Shown here: in pieces, positions 18,234-26,726 of the stretch
Numbering within the stretch: the first letter of the stretch is position 1
How the letters are laid out: every line of letters starts with the position of its first letter
From: Candidatus Woesearchaeota archaeon
GTDB taxonomy: Archaea; Nanobdellota; Nanobdellia; Woesearchaeales; GW2011-AR9
Assembly: GCA_016203205.1 (NCBI GenBank)
Contig: JACQNE010000004.1
Span: forward strand, 1-49,083
Direction: 5' to 3'
DNA: 49,083 nucleotides
Made by a program: the position numbers and the translations under genes
Notes under the pieces: model-generated
What the model was told of the DNA's origin: nothing
The model's database searches: none
Seen by the model: the letters and a program-made list of their open reading frames with translations, nothing else

Positions 18234-19232
18234 ATGGATCTTACACAGACAAATTCAGAACTTGAACGAAAAATAAATGAATTGAGAGATTTACCTAAAA
18301 CCTGGTCAGCTAAAGACCGGGATAATCTTGAGCAGGCGCGCAGAATTGCTGTTGAGCTTAATACCGTTTTGCATACAGCAATACATCACTTCGTTCCCGA
18401 TGTTAATGCCGTTCAGATTGTATTAGAACCTCAAGCTCAAGATGACATCATAAGCATGGTCAGGCGAGAGATTTACTTTAATTTGAATAGACACGATTGG
18501 GAGAGTTATGTAAAATCACGATTCCCTTTAGCCCCTCCTGAACCTTTTGTTTTTAATGCCCATCTTCCATTTAATTTTACGACAGGTACACATGGCAGTG
18601 GAGAACGTGATGCAATTGGTGCCTCGCATACAACTGTTTCATGTTCAGTTTTGGCAAATTTACCTGATCTCTGCCCAGTATTACAATTAAACTTAGAATC
18701 TTCTGACTACGCAGCTATTAAAACCCCCTATTTTCTGATCGGCGATGAAGTGAAATCAGTGAGATTGGTTTCCATTGACGATCGGGATTTTAGTCCGCTT
18801 TATGGTGGATTTAGTTCTGATTTAGGGAAGAGATCTGCGTTGTCTCATTATTTGTTTTTTAAAGGTTTTTCCCGGACATTAATTAATGGAAATTTGATTC
18901 CTGATTGTGAATGGAAAGAAGAAGTAGTGAATATAATGCGTAATGTATCGTACCTATCAACAACTTCTTTTACTGATTTTTACCAGAACAATAGGTGGTC
19001 CGGGTTTGCTGCTCTGCAGGAGCCACAAGGTATAACTTTATATGATGTAAATGATCTTGCTCTGCCCTCAGAATTGGTGGGGGTTGATCTAGGAATACAA
19101 AAATCTTTAGTATGTGCGGCATATGCAGTTTTTTTACAGAGACAAGGTAACGCATCAGAAGAAATAACTGCTTATAGTGGAAAGAAAGCCATTGGGATCC
19201 TGAGCCCGGTTGAGACGAAAAGAAGATTTTGA
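18234..19232 (+). CDS. hypothetical protein (332 aa), partner of the proteasome-beta-like gene
   Basis: Intact ORF in a visibly AT-rich segment. Its stop lies 3 nt before the next ATG. No known motif recognised. Confidence 0.6.
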   Translation: MDLTQTNSELERKINELRDLPKTWSAKDRDNLEQARRIAVELNTVLHTAIHHFVPDVNAVQIVLEPQAQDDIISMVRREIYFNLNRHDWESYVKSRFPLAPPEPFVFNAHLPFNFTTGTHGSGERDAIGASHTTVSCSVLANLPDLCPVLQLNLESSDYAAIKTPYFLIGDEVKSVRLVSIDDRDFSPLYGGFSSDLGKRSALSHYLFFKGFSRTLINGNLIPDCEWKEEVVNIMRNVSYLSTTSFTDFYQNNRWSGFAALQEPQGITLYDVNDLALPSELVGVDLGIQKSLVCAAYAVFLQRQGNASEEITAYSGKKAIGILSPVETKRRF

Positions 19233-19235
19233 AAA

Positions 19236-20006
19236 ATGACTTTACTCTTGAGCTTACGATTTACTGATGGAGTACTCCTTGCTGCAGATTGTTTAACGAT
19301 TTATTATCCAGAAAAATTACCTTTATTAGAAAATAAAATACATTTTGCTATCAATCAAGAACAAGACTCATCTTTTAGCGGCAATGGACTATATCTTGGA
19401 TTCGCTGGTCTTGACATGACTTATGGTGGTTCTATCGATAGATTTTTAGCCCATATCTCTCGTGATTTTACTCGATTAGGACATTTAACAGTGGATCATT
19501 TACTGGATAAGGATTGTTTTCAATTGCAAACAGAAATGAAGAATATCAAACGAGGAAGAGCAATTTGGGAGTTGTCAGATGACGAACATAAAGCCTATTT
19601 TTTATTAGATGATTTGCATGTCACTCGAGCATTTGTTCATACTTCAGAACGATTTTTAACTTATCAAGCTGTACGAATGTCTCCAGGAATTGGCCTGGAT
19701 TTACTTCATATCAAAGAAGGGAAAGTATTAGTTAATCCCCCTTATGCCATTAGTGGTTCTGGTGCAGAGATAGTTAGTCCATTCGTGGAAAGTCATTACC
19801 ATCCTCATATGTCTTCTTCTGAAGCAGTAGATTTAGCCTGCACTACAATGAATAAAGTATTGGAGGATAGCTCAGATTATAAAGGGTATTCATTAGTGCA
19901 TGTTGAAAAAACAGATGACATCTTCTATAAAATATCAACGGCAATTGACATTGAAGCAACAAGTATGCAAAGTATGTGTCTCCGAGAAAATCCTGCTTTT
20001 ATGTAA
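19236..20006 (+). CDS. divergent proteasome beta-subunit / HslV-like Ntn threonine peptidase (256 aa)
   Basis: After Met removal the sequence TLLLSLRFTDGVLLAAD...ENKIHF places Thr1, Asp17 and Lys33 at canonical proteasome spacing. It also has LGFAGL, SGSGAEIVSPFVESHY (compare GSGS..A.G.LE..Y) and MSSSEAVDLA. No propeptide is present. Confidence 0.7.
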   Translation: MTLLLSLRFTDGVLLAADCLTIYYPEKLPLLENKIHFAINQEQDSSFSGNGLYLGFAGLDMTYGGSIDRFLAHISRDFTRLGHLTVDHLLDKDCFQLQTEMKNIKRGRAIWELSDDEHKAYFLLDDLHVTRAFVHTSERFLTYQAVRMSPGIGLDLLHIKEGKVLVNPPYAISGSGAEIVSPFVESHYHPHMSSSEAVDLACTTMNKVLEDSSDYKGYSLVHVEKTDDIFYKISTAIDIEATSMQSMCLRENPAFM

Positions 20007-20048
20007 ACACATTCTTTCTTTGGAATAAATCTATTATGGGTAATTCTC

Positions 20049-20552
20049 TCACTTGCTTCCCATATAGAAGAACTTCTCGATAGAGACATCCTGTTCGTTG
20101 TAATTCCCCGAACGGGGATGCTGCATGCCACCATTTGCTTTCCCTGTCTCGGCCGGCTTGGGACGGGCTTGCGGCGCTTCGACAATGATCTCCTTGGCAG
20201 TGGGGATGCTCTGATAACGCAGTTTTGTTTTCAGCGCCTCTAATTCTTTTTCCATGCCTCCCATCTTTTCCTGGAAATCTTTGATCGTGGACACGAGAAA
20301 CTTTGTGTTTTTCTCCAATATATCTTTAATCTGTTCCTGAGAAAGATCTACTGTTGATTCTTGTTCTTTTTTGGGAGCGGCATCGGCTCTGACTTCTTTC
20401 AGTGTTTCCCGAAGAGAAGTATAACTTTCCGTGTCGGTATTACGATAAATTTGTTCAGCTTGGACGACGGCATTTTCCCGGTCGGTAGCCAGACCTTTTT
20501 TCATCAATTCTACAGCAAGACTATTTATTTTTTGAATTCGTTCAACATCCAT
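20049..20552 (-). CDS. hypothetical coiled-coil protein (167 aa)
   Basis: Intact ORF, helical and charged, with a conserved-looking C-terminus (RSGNYNEQDVSIEKFFYMG). Function not recognised. Confidence 0.55.
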   Translation of the reverse strand: MDVERIQKINSLAVELMKKGLATDRENAVVQAEQIYRNTDTESYTSLRETLKEVRADAAPKKEQESTVDLSQEQIKDILEKNTKFLVSTIKDFQEKMGGMEKELEALKTKLRYQSIPTAKEIIVEAPQARPKPAETGKANGGMQHPRSGNYNEQDVSIEKFFYMGSK

Positions 20553-20666
20553 AATTCCACCTCAAAGATATGGGTGCTACTTCATCGACTGCTCTTATAA
20601 CCTTTTCGATGATGGCAGATATATATGGGAGAAAGGGGATAATGAAGATTGGAGCGACTTAATTGT

Positions 20667-20807
20667 CTATCCACAAACCAACGGAACCTTAAACGGAATC
20701 ACGCCAGAAGAGCCCAATCCCACGACAATGATTATCGCAATCAGCCCGATAAACAAGCCAACGATGAAATACTTAAATTCAATGATGCCCAGCTGTCCTT
20801 TTTTCAT
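20667..20807 (-). CDS. small membrane protein (46 aa) with pilin-like N-terminus; below the ORF-track cutoff
   Basis: Hand translation: MKKGQLGIIEFKYFIVGLFIGLIAIIIVVGLGSSGVIPFKVPLVCG. ATGA overlap with an upstream paralog. Confidence 0.45.
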   Translation of the reverse strand: MKKGQLGIIEFKYFIVGLFIGLIAIIIVVGLGSSGVIPFKVPLVCG

Positions 20808-20965
20808 ACCGGTTTCACCGCCGGACAGGCAAAAGGGATGCTAAACGGAATAATTCCTTTTGATCCCAAATAAATCAGAACAAGACCGATGACGATCCCG
20901 ATAATGAGCCCTACTATAAAATATTTGAATTCAATAAATCCCAACTGACCTCTTTTTGCTAACAT
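20804..20965 (-). CDS. small membrane protein (53 aa) with pilin-like N-terminus; below the ORF-track cutoff
   Basis: Hand translation: MLAKRGQLGFIEFKYFIVGLIIGIVIGLVLIYLGSKGIIPFSIPFACPAVKPV. A TATA box lies 28 nt upstream, consistent with a leaderless transcript. Confidence 0.5.
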   Translation of the reverse strand: MLAKRGQLGFIEFKYFIVGLIIGIVIGLVLIYLGSKGIIPFSIPFACPAVKPV

Positions 20966-20987
20966 CTGGGAACTGTTAAATATTGTA

Positions 20988-20999
20988 GCTATATAAAGG
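20988..20999 (-). promoter_or_regulatory. TATA box (minus strand CCTTTATATAGC) for the small-protein tandem
   Basis: Centred about 28 nt upstream of the ATG at 20965. Confidence 0.5.
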
Positions 21000-21064
21000 T
21001 TTCTGGACAGTTTGGGTTGCTGGCGGCCGGCCGTTTTTGGATGAAATGCGGATTTTCCAAAAGA

Positions 21065-21074
21065 TTTATAAATA
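21065..21074 (+). promoter_or_regulatory. TATA box (TTTATAAATA) upstream of tfb
   Basis: Strong TATA preceded by an A-rich BRE-like AAAAGA. A second TATTTAAA occurs at 21090-21097. Confidence 0.5.
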
Positions 21075-21132
21075 ATTACGGAAATTACTATTTAAACTTA
21101 ACTCTTTGGTGGTGGATTCTTTGGTACAGACA

Positions 21133-22056
21133 ATGATGAGAAAAACATTGAAAGAATGTCCGGAATGCACGAGCAAGAATATTTTTCGCGATGTGGAAAA
21201 AGGGGAGACAATCTGCCGCGACTGCGGCTTGGTCATCGAAGACCGCATGGTTGATTTCTCGCAGGAATGGCGTGATTTTGAAGAAGATGGCGGCGCCAGC
21301 AAGCGCCGGACAGGAGCGCCGACATCCCAGACTCAGTTTGATCAGGGTTTAGGAACAGAAGTAGGAACAACCTCCGATTTTTATAAATTAAGTTCAGATA
21401 AAGAACGCGACCGCTTCTTTCGCCTGCGTAAATGGAATATCCGGATCAGCACGGCGATCGAACGTAATCTTAAAGTTGCGCTTGCCGAATTGAAACGGGT
21501 CAGCTCCTTCTTACGCCTGCCGCGTTCGGTGGAAGAAGAAGCGGCAACGATCTATCGGCAGGCTGTGCAAAAAGGATTGGTGCGGGGCAGATCGATGGAA
21601 TCAGTTATCGCTGGCGCTTTGTACGCCGCGTGCCGTCGGCATGAAATCCCCCGGACCTTGGATGAGATGGGTGAAGCTTCAGGCATCGAGAAAAAAGAGA
21701 TTGGCCGAACGTATCGCTTTGTAACCCGCGAGTTGGGGATCAGCATCAAACCGAGCAATCCCGCCGATTATATCCCGCGTTTCGCTTCGGCGTTGAAATT
21801 AAGCCCGGAATCACAATCTAAAGCCGTCGAAATCCTGGAAATGGCGCGTGATATTGAATTGACTTCGGGCCGTGGCCCAACGGGCATCGCAGCTGCTGCA
21901 CTGTATGTTTCTTCGTTAATTCACGGTGAGAAACGCACCCAGCGGGAAGTTGCTGATGTTGCCGGCGTGACAGAAGTGACGATCAGAAATCGTTATAAAG
22001 AATTGATCAAGAAGCTGAAGTTAGGCAAGAATGTTGAGAAGAGCAAGAGAAGATAG
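21133..22056 (+). CDS. tfb: transcription initiation factor IIB (TFB)
   Basis: N-terminal Zn ribbon CPEC-x15-CRDC, a B-reader/linker, and two cyclin-fold repeats (RGRSMESVIAGALYAACR; GRGPTGIAAAALYV). The ORF track extends to a TTG at 21106, but I prefer the ATG at 21133. Confidence 0.9.
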   Translation: MMRKTLKECPECTSKNIFRDVEKGETICRDCGLVIEDRMVDFSQEWRDFEEDGGASKRRTGAPTSQTQFDQGLGTEVGTTSDFYKLSSDKERDRFFRLRKWNIRISTAIERNLKVALAELKRVSSFLRLPRSVEEEAATIYRQAVQKGLVRGRSMESVIAGALYAACRRHEIPRTLDEMGEASGIEKKEIGRTYRFVTRELGISIKPSNPADYIPRFASALKLSPESQSKAVEILEMARDIELTSGRGPTGIAAAALYVSSLIHGEKRTQREVADVAGVTEVTIRNRYKELIKKLKLGKNVEKSKRR

Positions 22057-22075
22057 GATGTTTTTGGAGGATAAA

Positions 22076-22315
22076 ATGTCACTGTCATTATTGGAAATAA
22101 TATTCGGTAAGAGCTTTGATTATGAGGTAGAAGGTTCTGCTCCAAACCGAGAAGATGCATTGCGTAATGCTGAATCCAGACTTCCTTTTCCATTGTCAGA
22201 AGCAGACAAATATAAACGCTTTGAAACAGATTTTGATTATGGTTCTAGCAATTATACAATCACAATAAAATATTCTCTCAGTGAAAAAGGCGCCTCGATC
22301 TTAAGCGGGAGGTAA
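22076..22315 (+). CDS. hypothetical small protein (79 aa)
   Basis: The ORF track starts at 22031, inside tfb. The ATG at 22076 is preceded by GGAGG at -12. No motif recognised. Confidence 0.4.
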   Translation: MSLSLLEIIFGKSFDYEVEGSAPNREDALRNAESRLPFPLSEADKYKRFETDFDYGSSNYTITIKYSLSEKGASILSGR

Positions 22316-22325
22316 TTTTTATTTT
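22316..22325 (+). terminator. oligo-T tract
   Basis: TTTTTATTTT lies directly after the stop at 22315. Confidence 0.35.
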
Positions 22326-22375
22326 CTATAGATCAAGATCTTGGCCTCGCCGCCAGTGAAATAAATACGTTTTTC

Positions 22376-23338
22376 TTAAAACAAGAAAAAACCTATTGAA
22401 AAGTAAGGTGCTGCTAATCCAAAAAGAAAAGCAGAAGTATTAGCAATACCCTCTCTTCTCCAAACTCTCTGATAAAAATGATGAAATTCCCGCGGGTCGT
22501 TGTTTAATAATTCCGCATCCTTTTGTGCAAGGTCAACAATTTGCGAATCTTTTGTTCCTTTCTCCAGAAAATGGATGATTTCAGTCACATGACCTGCTCC
22601 CGCGGTTATTGTCTTAGATGGAGCACGGTTATCCCACGTTCGAAGAAATTCGGCCATATAGGCTGAGCGCCGCTGGACGGTGGTGTAATGCGCTGGCCGT
22701 GTTCTTTCGGCAAGTTCCAGACTTAAATGGAGAGGAAAATTGAAATTCTGTTCGGGGAATGTCTGAAAAAAAGAAGTCGCTTCATGCTGGGTCAATTCCT
22801 GTTTCTCTTCTTCACTTTCTGTTTTCTGTATTTCTTTTGCAGATTTTCCAAACGGGGAGAGCAAGAGTGCACATGGCAACAATAAGCTGTTGGCAACGCC
22901 ACGTGCAATAAATTTTTGGACCGCTTCGTATTCTTTCCACTTACCGGCATGATGATCTGGAATTGAGATACCTGATGAGTACTTGAATCGTTCTCGAATT
23001 CCTTCTTCCCACAAACCAGCCAAGGCCGGAGCTGTATTTTTCACAATGTGCAGATAAGGTTGAGATGGTTTCGGCCCATGTACTATTCCAAAAACAGTAT
23101 ACGTTATTCCATCTTTCTCCGTTTCAAGATGGGGAAGCTGATCTGGGAGAGGAAAATGTCTGTAATCTTCTTTAAATTTTTTGAGTTGATATTTGACCCA
23201 TTCTTCGCCCAGCTGCTTCAATAAAGTATCTTCATCTTTCACTACGTGCCCTTCCTGACCGGCGAGAGCGACAAAATCATCTATCGATTCTGCCTGCAAC
23301 GCTAATTCGGGAAGAGTTAATTTGGAAAGACGTTTCAT
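22376..23338 (-). CDS. hypothetical protein with C-terminal hydrophobic segment (320 aa)
   Basis: Intact ORF. The segment ITYTVFGIVHG faintly resembles TraB-family GTxH motifs, but this is not secure. Confidence 0.55.
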   Translation of the reverse strand: MKRLSKLTLPELALQAESIDDFVALAGQEGHVVKDEDTLLKQLGEEWVKYQLKKFKEDYRHFPLPDQLPHLETEKDGITYTVFGIVHGPKPSQPYLHIVKNTAPALAGLWEEGIRERFKYSSGISIPDHHAGKWKEYEAVQKFIARGVANSLLLPCALLLSPFGKSAKEIQKTESEEEKQELTQHEATSFFQTFPEQNFNFPLHLSLELAERTRPAHYTTVQRRSAYMAEFLRTWDNRAPSKTITAGAGHVTEIIHFLEKGTKDSQIVDLAQKDAELLNNDPREFHHFYQRVWRREGIANTSAFLFGLAAPYFSIGFFLF

Positions 23339-23358
23339 GTGATCTGTTTTTCATCGAT

Positions 23359-23369
23359 TCTATAAAAAC
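23359..23369 (-). promoter_or_regulatory. TATA box for 22376..23338 (minus)
   Basis: TCTATAAAAAC lies about 26 nt from the ATG at 23338, read on the minus strand. Confidence 0.45.
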
Positions 23370-23372
23370 ATT

Positions 23373-23380
23373 CTTATATC
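23373..23380 (+). promoter_or_regulatory. TATA-like box (CTTATATC) for the HIT gene
   Basis: About 24 nt upstream of the ATG at 23401. Confidence 0.4.
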
Positions 23381-23400
23381 AAAAGTGAATTCTCTGTGCT

Positions 23401-24453
23401 ATGCAGCTGACTCCAGAACTTAAAGCCCAAATGGCTGAGCAGAAGAAACAATGTGTCTATTGCAAGATCGTCGCCAAAGAAATTCCGGGAAAAATCGTCT
23501 TTGAAGATTCAATCACTACGGGTATCTTGGACATTTATCCGGCAAAGAAAGGCCATACTGTCTTTACGCTGAAAGAACATTATCCGATCGTGCCGTTGAT
23601 CCCCGCGGAAGAATTTGCTCATTTCTTCGGCCTCGTCCCCCAGTTCAGCAAAGCGCTCCAATCAGCGATGGTCGCAACCGGTGTAAATCTTTTCATTGCC
23701 AACGGCGGCGCGGCGGGGCAGTCCTATCCGCACTTTTTGGGACATTTCTTTCCCCGTGATCAAGGAGATGGATTCTTCAACTTCTTGTTCAAACTGGGGA
23801 AGAGCCTGGAAGTCGAGAAAGTGAATGTGGTGCAGCGGCAGTTATTGGGGTTGATGCAGAATTATTTTGCCAAAAATCCGCAAGCGTGGCATACTGGTTC
23901 GGAAGAAATTCCCTCTTTTCTTCAACATATCGAGAAAGAAGCTCCGGTTCTCTATCAGGATGAGAAAATCCTCTGCGTCCTCCCGCAGAAAAGCGCTGTT
24001 CCGGGGCATATCGAGGTATACAGCAAAATGGAAGAAAAAGATATTGCCAAATTGTCGCAAGAGGGCAGCACACATCTGTTCTTTGTTGCTTCCTTTGCGG
24101 CCTCAGCCTTATTCGACGGCTTGGGCGCGCAAGGGACAAATATTATCTTAAAATCTGGTTTCAGCGATGATAATCCAGAGGGGAAGTTATGTGTCCATGT
24201 CCTGCCGCGCTTTCCGGGGGATGTTCTGCAGGGAATGCTCTGGCAGCCCAAACAACCGGAATATAATCTTGACGATATTGCCGCTAAGATCAAGGATAAG
24301 ATGTGGAATGTGAAATACAAAGCAGTGAAGAGGGAAACAGTCGTGGAAAAAAAACACGCTCTTCAGCCGGCACTCCCCTCCAAAGAAGAAAAAACATCTC
24401 GTTCGAATAGTGAAGAAGAGATCGATGCGGCGATTCAAAAAATAATACGATAG
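23401..24453 (+). CDS. tandem HIT-domain protein with degenerate histidine triads (350 aa)
   Basis: Domain 1 has CVYCKI..IPGKIVFEDS..ILDIYPAKKGHTV and AAGQSYPHFLGHFFPR. Domain 2 has LCVLPQKSAVPGHIEV and KLCVHVLPRF. Confidence 0.7.
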   Translation: MQLTPELKAQMAEQKKQCVYCKIVAKEIPGKIVFEDSITTGILDIYPAKKGHTVFTLKEHYPIVPLIPAEEFAHFFGLVPQFSKALQSAMVATGVNLFIANGGAAGQSYPHFLGHFFPRDQGDGFFNFLFKLGKSLEVEKVNVVQRQLLGLMQNYFAKNPQAWHTGSEEIPSFLQHIEKEAPVLYQDEKILCVLPQKSAVPGHIEVYSKMEEKDIAKLSQEGSTHLFFVASFAASALFDGLGAQGTNIILKSGFSDDNPEGKLCVHVLPRFPGDVLQGMLWQPKQPEYNLDDIAAKIKDKMWNVKYKAVKRETVVEKKHALQPALPSKEEKTSRSNSEEEIDAAIQKIIR

Positions 24454-24484
24454 ATTTTTAAAGAAATCTCCCCGCTGAGGAGTA

Positions 24485-25510
24485 ATGAATCGCCCATTTA
24501 TCATTCATCACGGTGAAGATCCAGACGGGATTATCGCCGCCAGTATTCTCACAGAGTATTGTTTCCGTCAAGGAATAGACACAGCACAGTGCTTTCCCGT
24601 ACGCTATGATACTCTTAGCGAGGAATTTCCGAATATCCTCGAAGCGGCGAGAAAAGAACAGCCGCAGCGGATTCTCGTCGCCGATGTCAATGCGCAGCAA
24701 GCCCTCGTCCGAAGCAACATCCTCTCCGGCCTTGCCGCTACTGTCTATCCGCTTTCCGGAGAGAAAAGCATCACCTGGATCGATCATCATCCGGCGACGG
24801 ATCAGCATCGTGAAGATCTTGAACAGCAGGGAATCAGCGTTGTTCATCACTCTCAACGCTGTGCCGCTTTGCTTGGCCTGCGCTATGCCGGCCTAAAAGA
24901 CGATCCGTATTTCCATCAGCTGGCAGCCATCGCCCAGGCGCACGACTATGCAAAGCCGGGAAAGACGAATCGGCTGCTGTCCGCAGGAAATCAATTAGAA
25001 GAAATCATCGCGTTAGCCAATGCGGTGGGTGATGAAGACCTTTTACGGAGATTAGTGGCCGATCTGCAGCATAACCGTTATTTTGACGATAATAGTCTTG
25101 CCGAGCCATGGCAAAGCTGGTTAGGAGAATCACAGAAACAGCGGAAAAAAGCGTTCCGCGACTTAGAAGATTCACTCGTTCGAGAAACTATCGGGGACTA
25201 TACCGTTCTCTTTGCCTTCGCGCCGCCGATCTTGTCACAGAAGCCAGCACCACGCTATCTGCAGGAAAAATATGGTGCTGAGATCGATCTTGTCTTTTGT
25301 CTCTTTGCCGCGCCGTTCCGCAATCATATGATCTTTGGCAGGAAAGATGTTTCTTTTGATGTTGTCGGTTTCTGCCAGCAGATGGGCGGCGGCGGCAGGA
25401 ATAACGGAGGTGGATTTACACGTGATTCTGTGATCACTAATGCGGAATATCCGGCTGTGCGCGAAGAGATGAAAGAGAGAATGGCGCAGTATCTTCAAGA
25501 GAAAGGCTGA
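24485..25510 (+). CDS. DHH-family phosphoesterase (NrnA/RecJ-like)
   Basis: DHH motifs are present: HHGEDPDGIIAASIL (DxD), VADVN, ITWIDHHP (DHH) and GGGGRNNGGG (GGGH-like DHHA1). Confidence 0.7.
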   Translation: MNRPFIIHHGEDPDGIIAASILTEYCFRQGIDTAQCFPVRYDTLSEEFPNILEAARKEQPQRILVADVNAQQALVRSNILSGLAATVYPLSGEKSITWIDHHPATDQHREDLEQQGISVVHHSQRCAALLGLRYAGLKDDPYFHQLAAIAQAHDYAKPGKTNRLLSAGNQLEEIIALANAVGDEDLLRRLVADLQHNRYFDDNSLAEPWQSWLGESQKQRKKAFRDLEDSLVRETIGDYTVLFAFAPPILSQKPAPRYLQEKYGAEIDLVFCLFAAPFRNHMIFGRKDVSFDVVGFCQQMGGGGRNNGGGFTRDSVITNAEYPAVREEMKERMAQYLQEKG

Positions 25511-25516
25511 GTATCC

Positions 25517-26593
25517 TCACAAAAGTTCAGCGTAGGCGTGGGCTAATCGAAAGTAGCCTGTTGCTGTTTGTTTTGTCCTCTCTTTTTCTTCTGTACTCAG
25601 GTTTTGGTCATCGTAGGTAAAGCCGGCGATCTTCCCGCGGATATAGGCGCGGTAGCACTTGTAAAAATTGAGCAGTCGGGGAATATCCCCATCATTGCTG
25701 AGTTTTTGGTATTCCTCAATGAATATTTTAGAGAATTCTTCTTGGTGATGATAATCCAAATCCATCGCCATAAACGCGACTTCTGCGATGACATCTGAAC
25801 ACGGAAAGCGTTTGTTGAAGACGATACCGTCAAAAATATGGATCTTCTTTTGATTCTTCAGGTTCTTATTTTGATTATTACTTTCATCATTATCTTTATT
25901 ATCATCATCGATAAAAACATTGCCAGAATGAAAATCACCGTGACAATGCTTGATCTTGTTTTTTTGGACGCGTTGATTAATCACTTCTTTGTTTTTGACA
26001 AGGAATGAATTTATTTTCTGTTGGATGATATTGAATGTTCTCATCGGCAAGAGTACGTCTTTATATTTTTCTGTCTGCTGGAAATTCTCATCCCAATTGA
26101 ATTTAACGGTTTCAAACTGTCCATATGTTCTAATCTCGTCATCTTCCGGCGCTTTCTGGTGGAATTGATGGATTTGTTTTGCTAATTGGATAATATTTTC
26201 TGTAGTGATTTTGTTTTCTCTGAGGAGATTATTCATCGTGCTCTCCGGATCCATCTGTTTCATCTTGACGGCATATTCGATGATCTTGCCTTTGCCATCG
26301 ATGGTGATTTTTCCCGATTCGTCTTGATTGATGGTGGAGAGGCCGAGGTAGAGTTGGGGGGAGATAATAGAATTGAAAGCTATTTCTTTTTCACATTGAT
26401 CTTTGCGTTTTTCCAGCGTAGAAAAATCAAGGAAGCCAAGATTTAACGGCTTGTTAAACTTGTAGGCGAATGTGCCCGAGAGAAATACTACGGAAACAGC
26501 AGTAATAATCTTTGTAATCTCCTTGACGGGGTGAGGGTAAGATTCTGGTTTTTCCAGAGAAGATATTACGAATGCAACATGATCAACAGCCAT
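25517..26593 (-). CDS. phosphotransferase-family (APH-like) kinase
   Basis: Catalytic loop HCHGDFHSGNVFID and downstream IFDG (DFG-like), with a low-complexity N/D/K insert. The segment is AT-rich. Confidence 0.65.
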   Translation of the reverse strand: MAVDHVAFVISSLEKPESYPHPVKEITKIITAVSVVFLSGTFAYKFNKPLNLGFLDFSTLEKRKDQCEKEIAFNSIISPQLYLGLSTINQDESGKITIDGKGKIIEYAVKMKQMDPESTMNNLLRENKITTENIIQLAKQIHQFHQKAPEDDEIRTYGQFETVKFNWDENFQQTEKYKDVLLPMRTFNIIQQKINSFLVKNKEVINQRVQKNKIKHCHGDFHSGNVFIDDDNKDNDESNNQNKNLKNQKKIHIFDGIVFNKRFPCSDVIAEVAFMAMDLDYHHQEEFSKIFIEEYQKLSNDGDIPRLLNFYKCYRAYIRGKIAGFTYDDQNLSTEEKERTKQTATGYFRLAHAYAELL

Positions 26594-26613
26594 CGTGTTC
26601 TCCCGAAACCTAA

Positions 26614-26623
26614 TCTATATAAG
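26614..26623 (-). promoter_or_regulatory. TATA box for the kinase gene (minus)
   Basis: TCTATATAAG lies about 26 nt from the ATG at 26593. Confidence 0.5.
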
Positions 26624-26695
26624 CTTTTAGAAACTAAAATTTTAGAAACAAGAAACCATGCCGCGCCACTCCCCACTGGTCAGGTGCGGATGAAG

Positions 26696-26704
26696 TTTAT
26701 ATAC
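26696..26704 (+). promoter_or_regulatory. TATA box (TTTATATAC) for the BRO-N gene
   Basis: About 27 nt upstream of the ATG at 26727. Confidence 0.5.
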
Positions 26705-26726
26705 CCCCTTCTTTCTTAAGATATTC

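Noticed and set aside
20649-20873. 74-aa + strand ORF listed in the ORF track
   Set aside because: It is antisense to the two overlapping small membrane-protein genes, which have a TATA box, ATGA coupling and a paralog elsewhere. The + frame is polar and featureless, with a non-ATG start context.
21106-21132. TTG-initiated N-terminal extension of tfb (MVVDSLVQT)
   Set aside because: TFB proteins normally begin just before the Zn ribbon. The ATG-ATG at 21133 fits the TATA spacing better, so the extension is probably not translated.
24458-24856. 132-aa minus-strand ORF overlapping the start of the DHH phosphoesterase gene
   Set aside because: The + strand frame carries the DHH motifs (DxD, DHH). 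The minus frame has no motif and would collide with the HIT gene terminator region.
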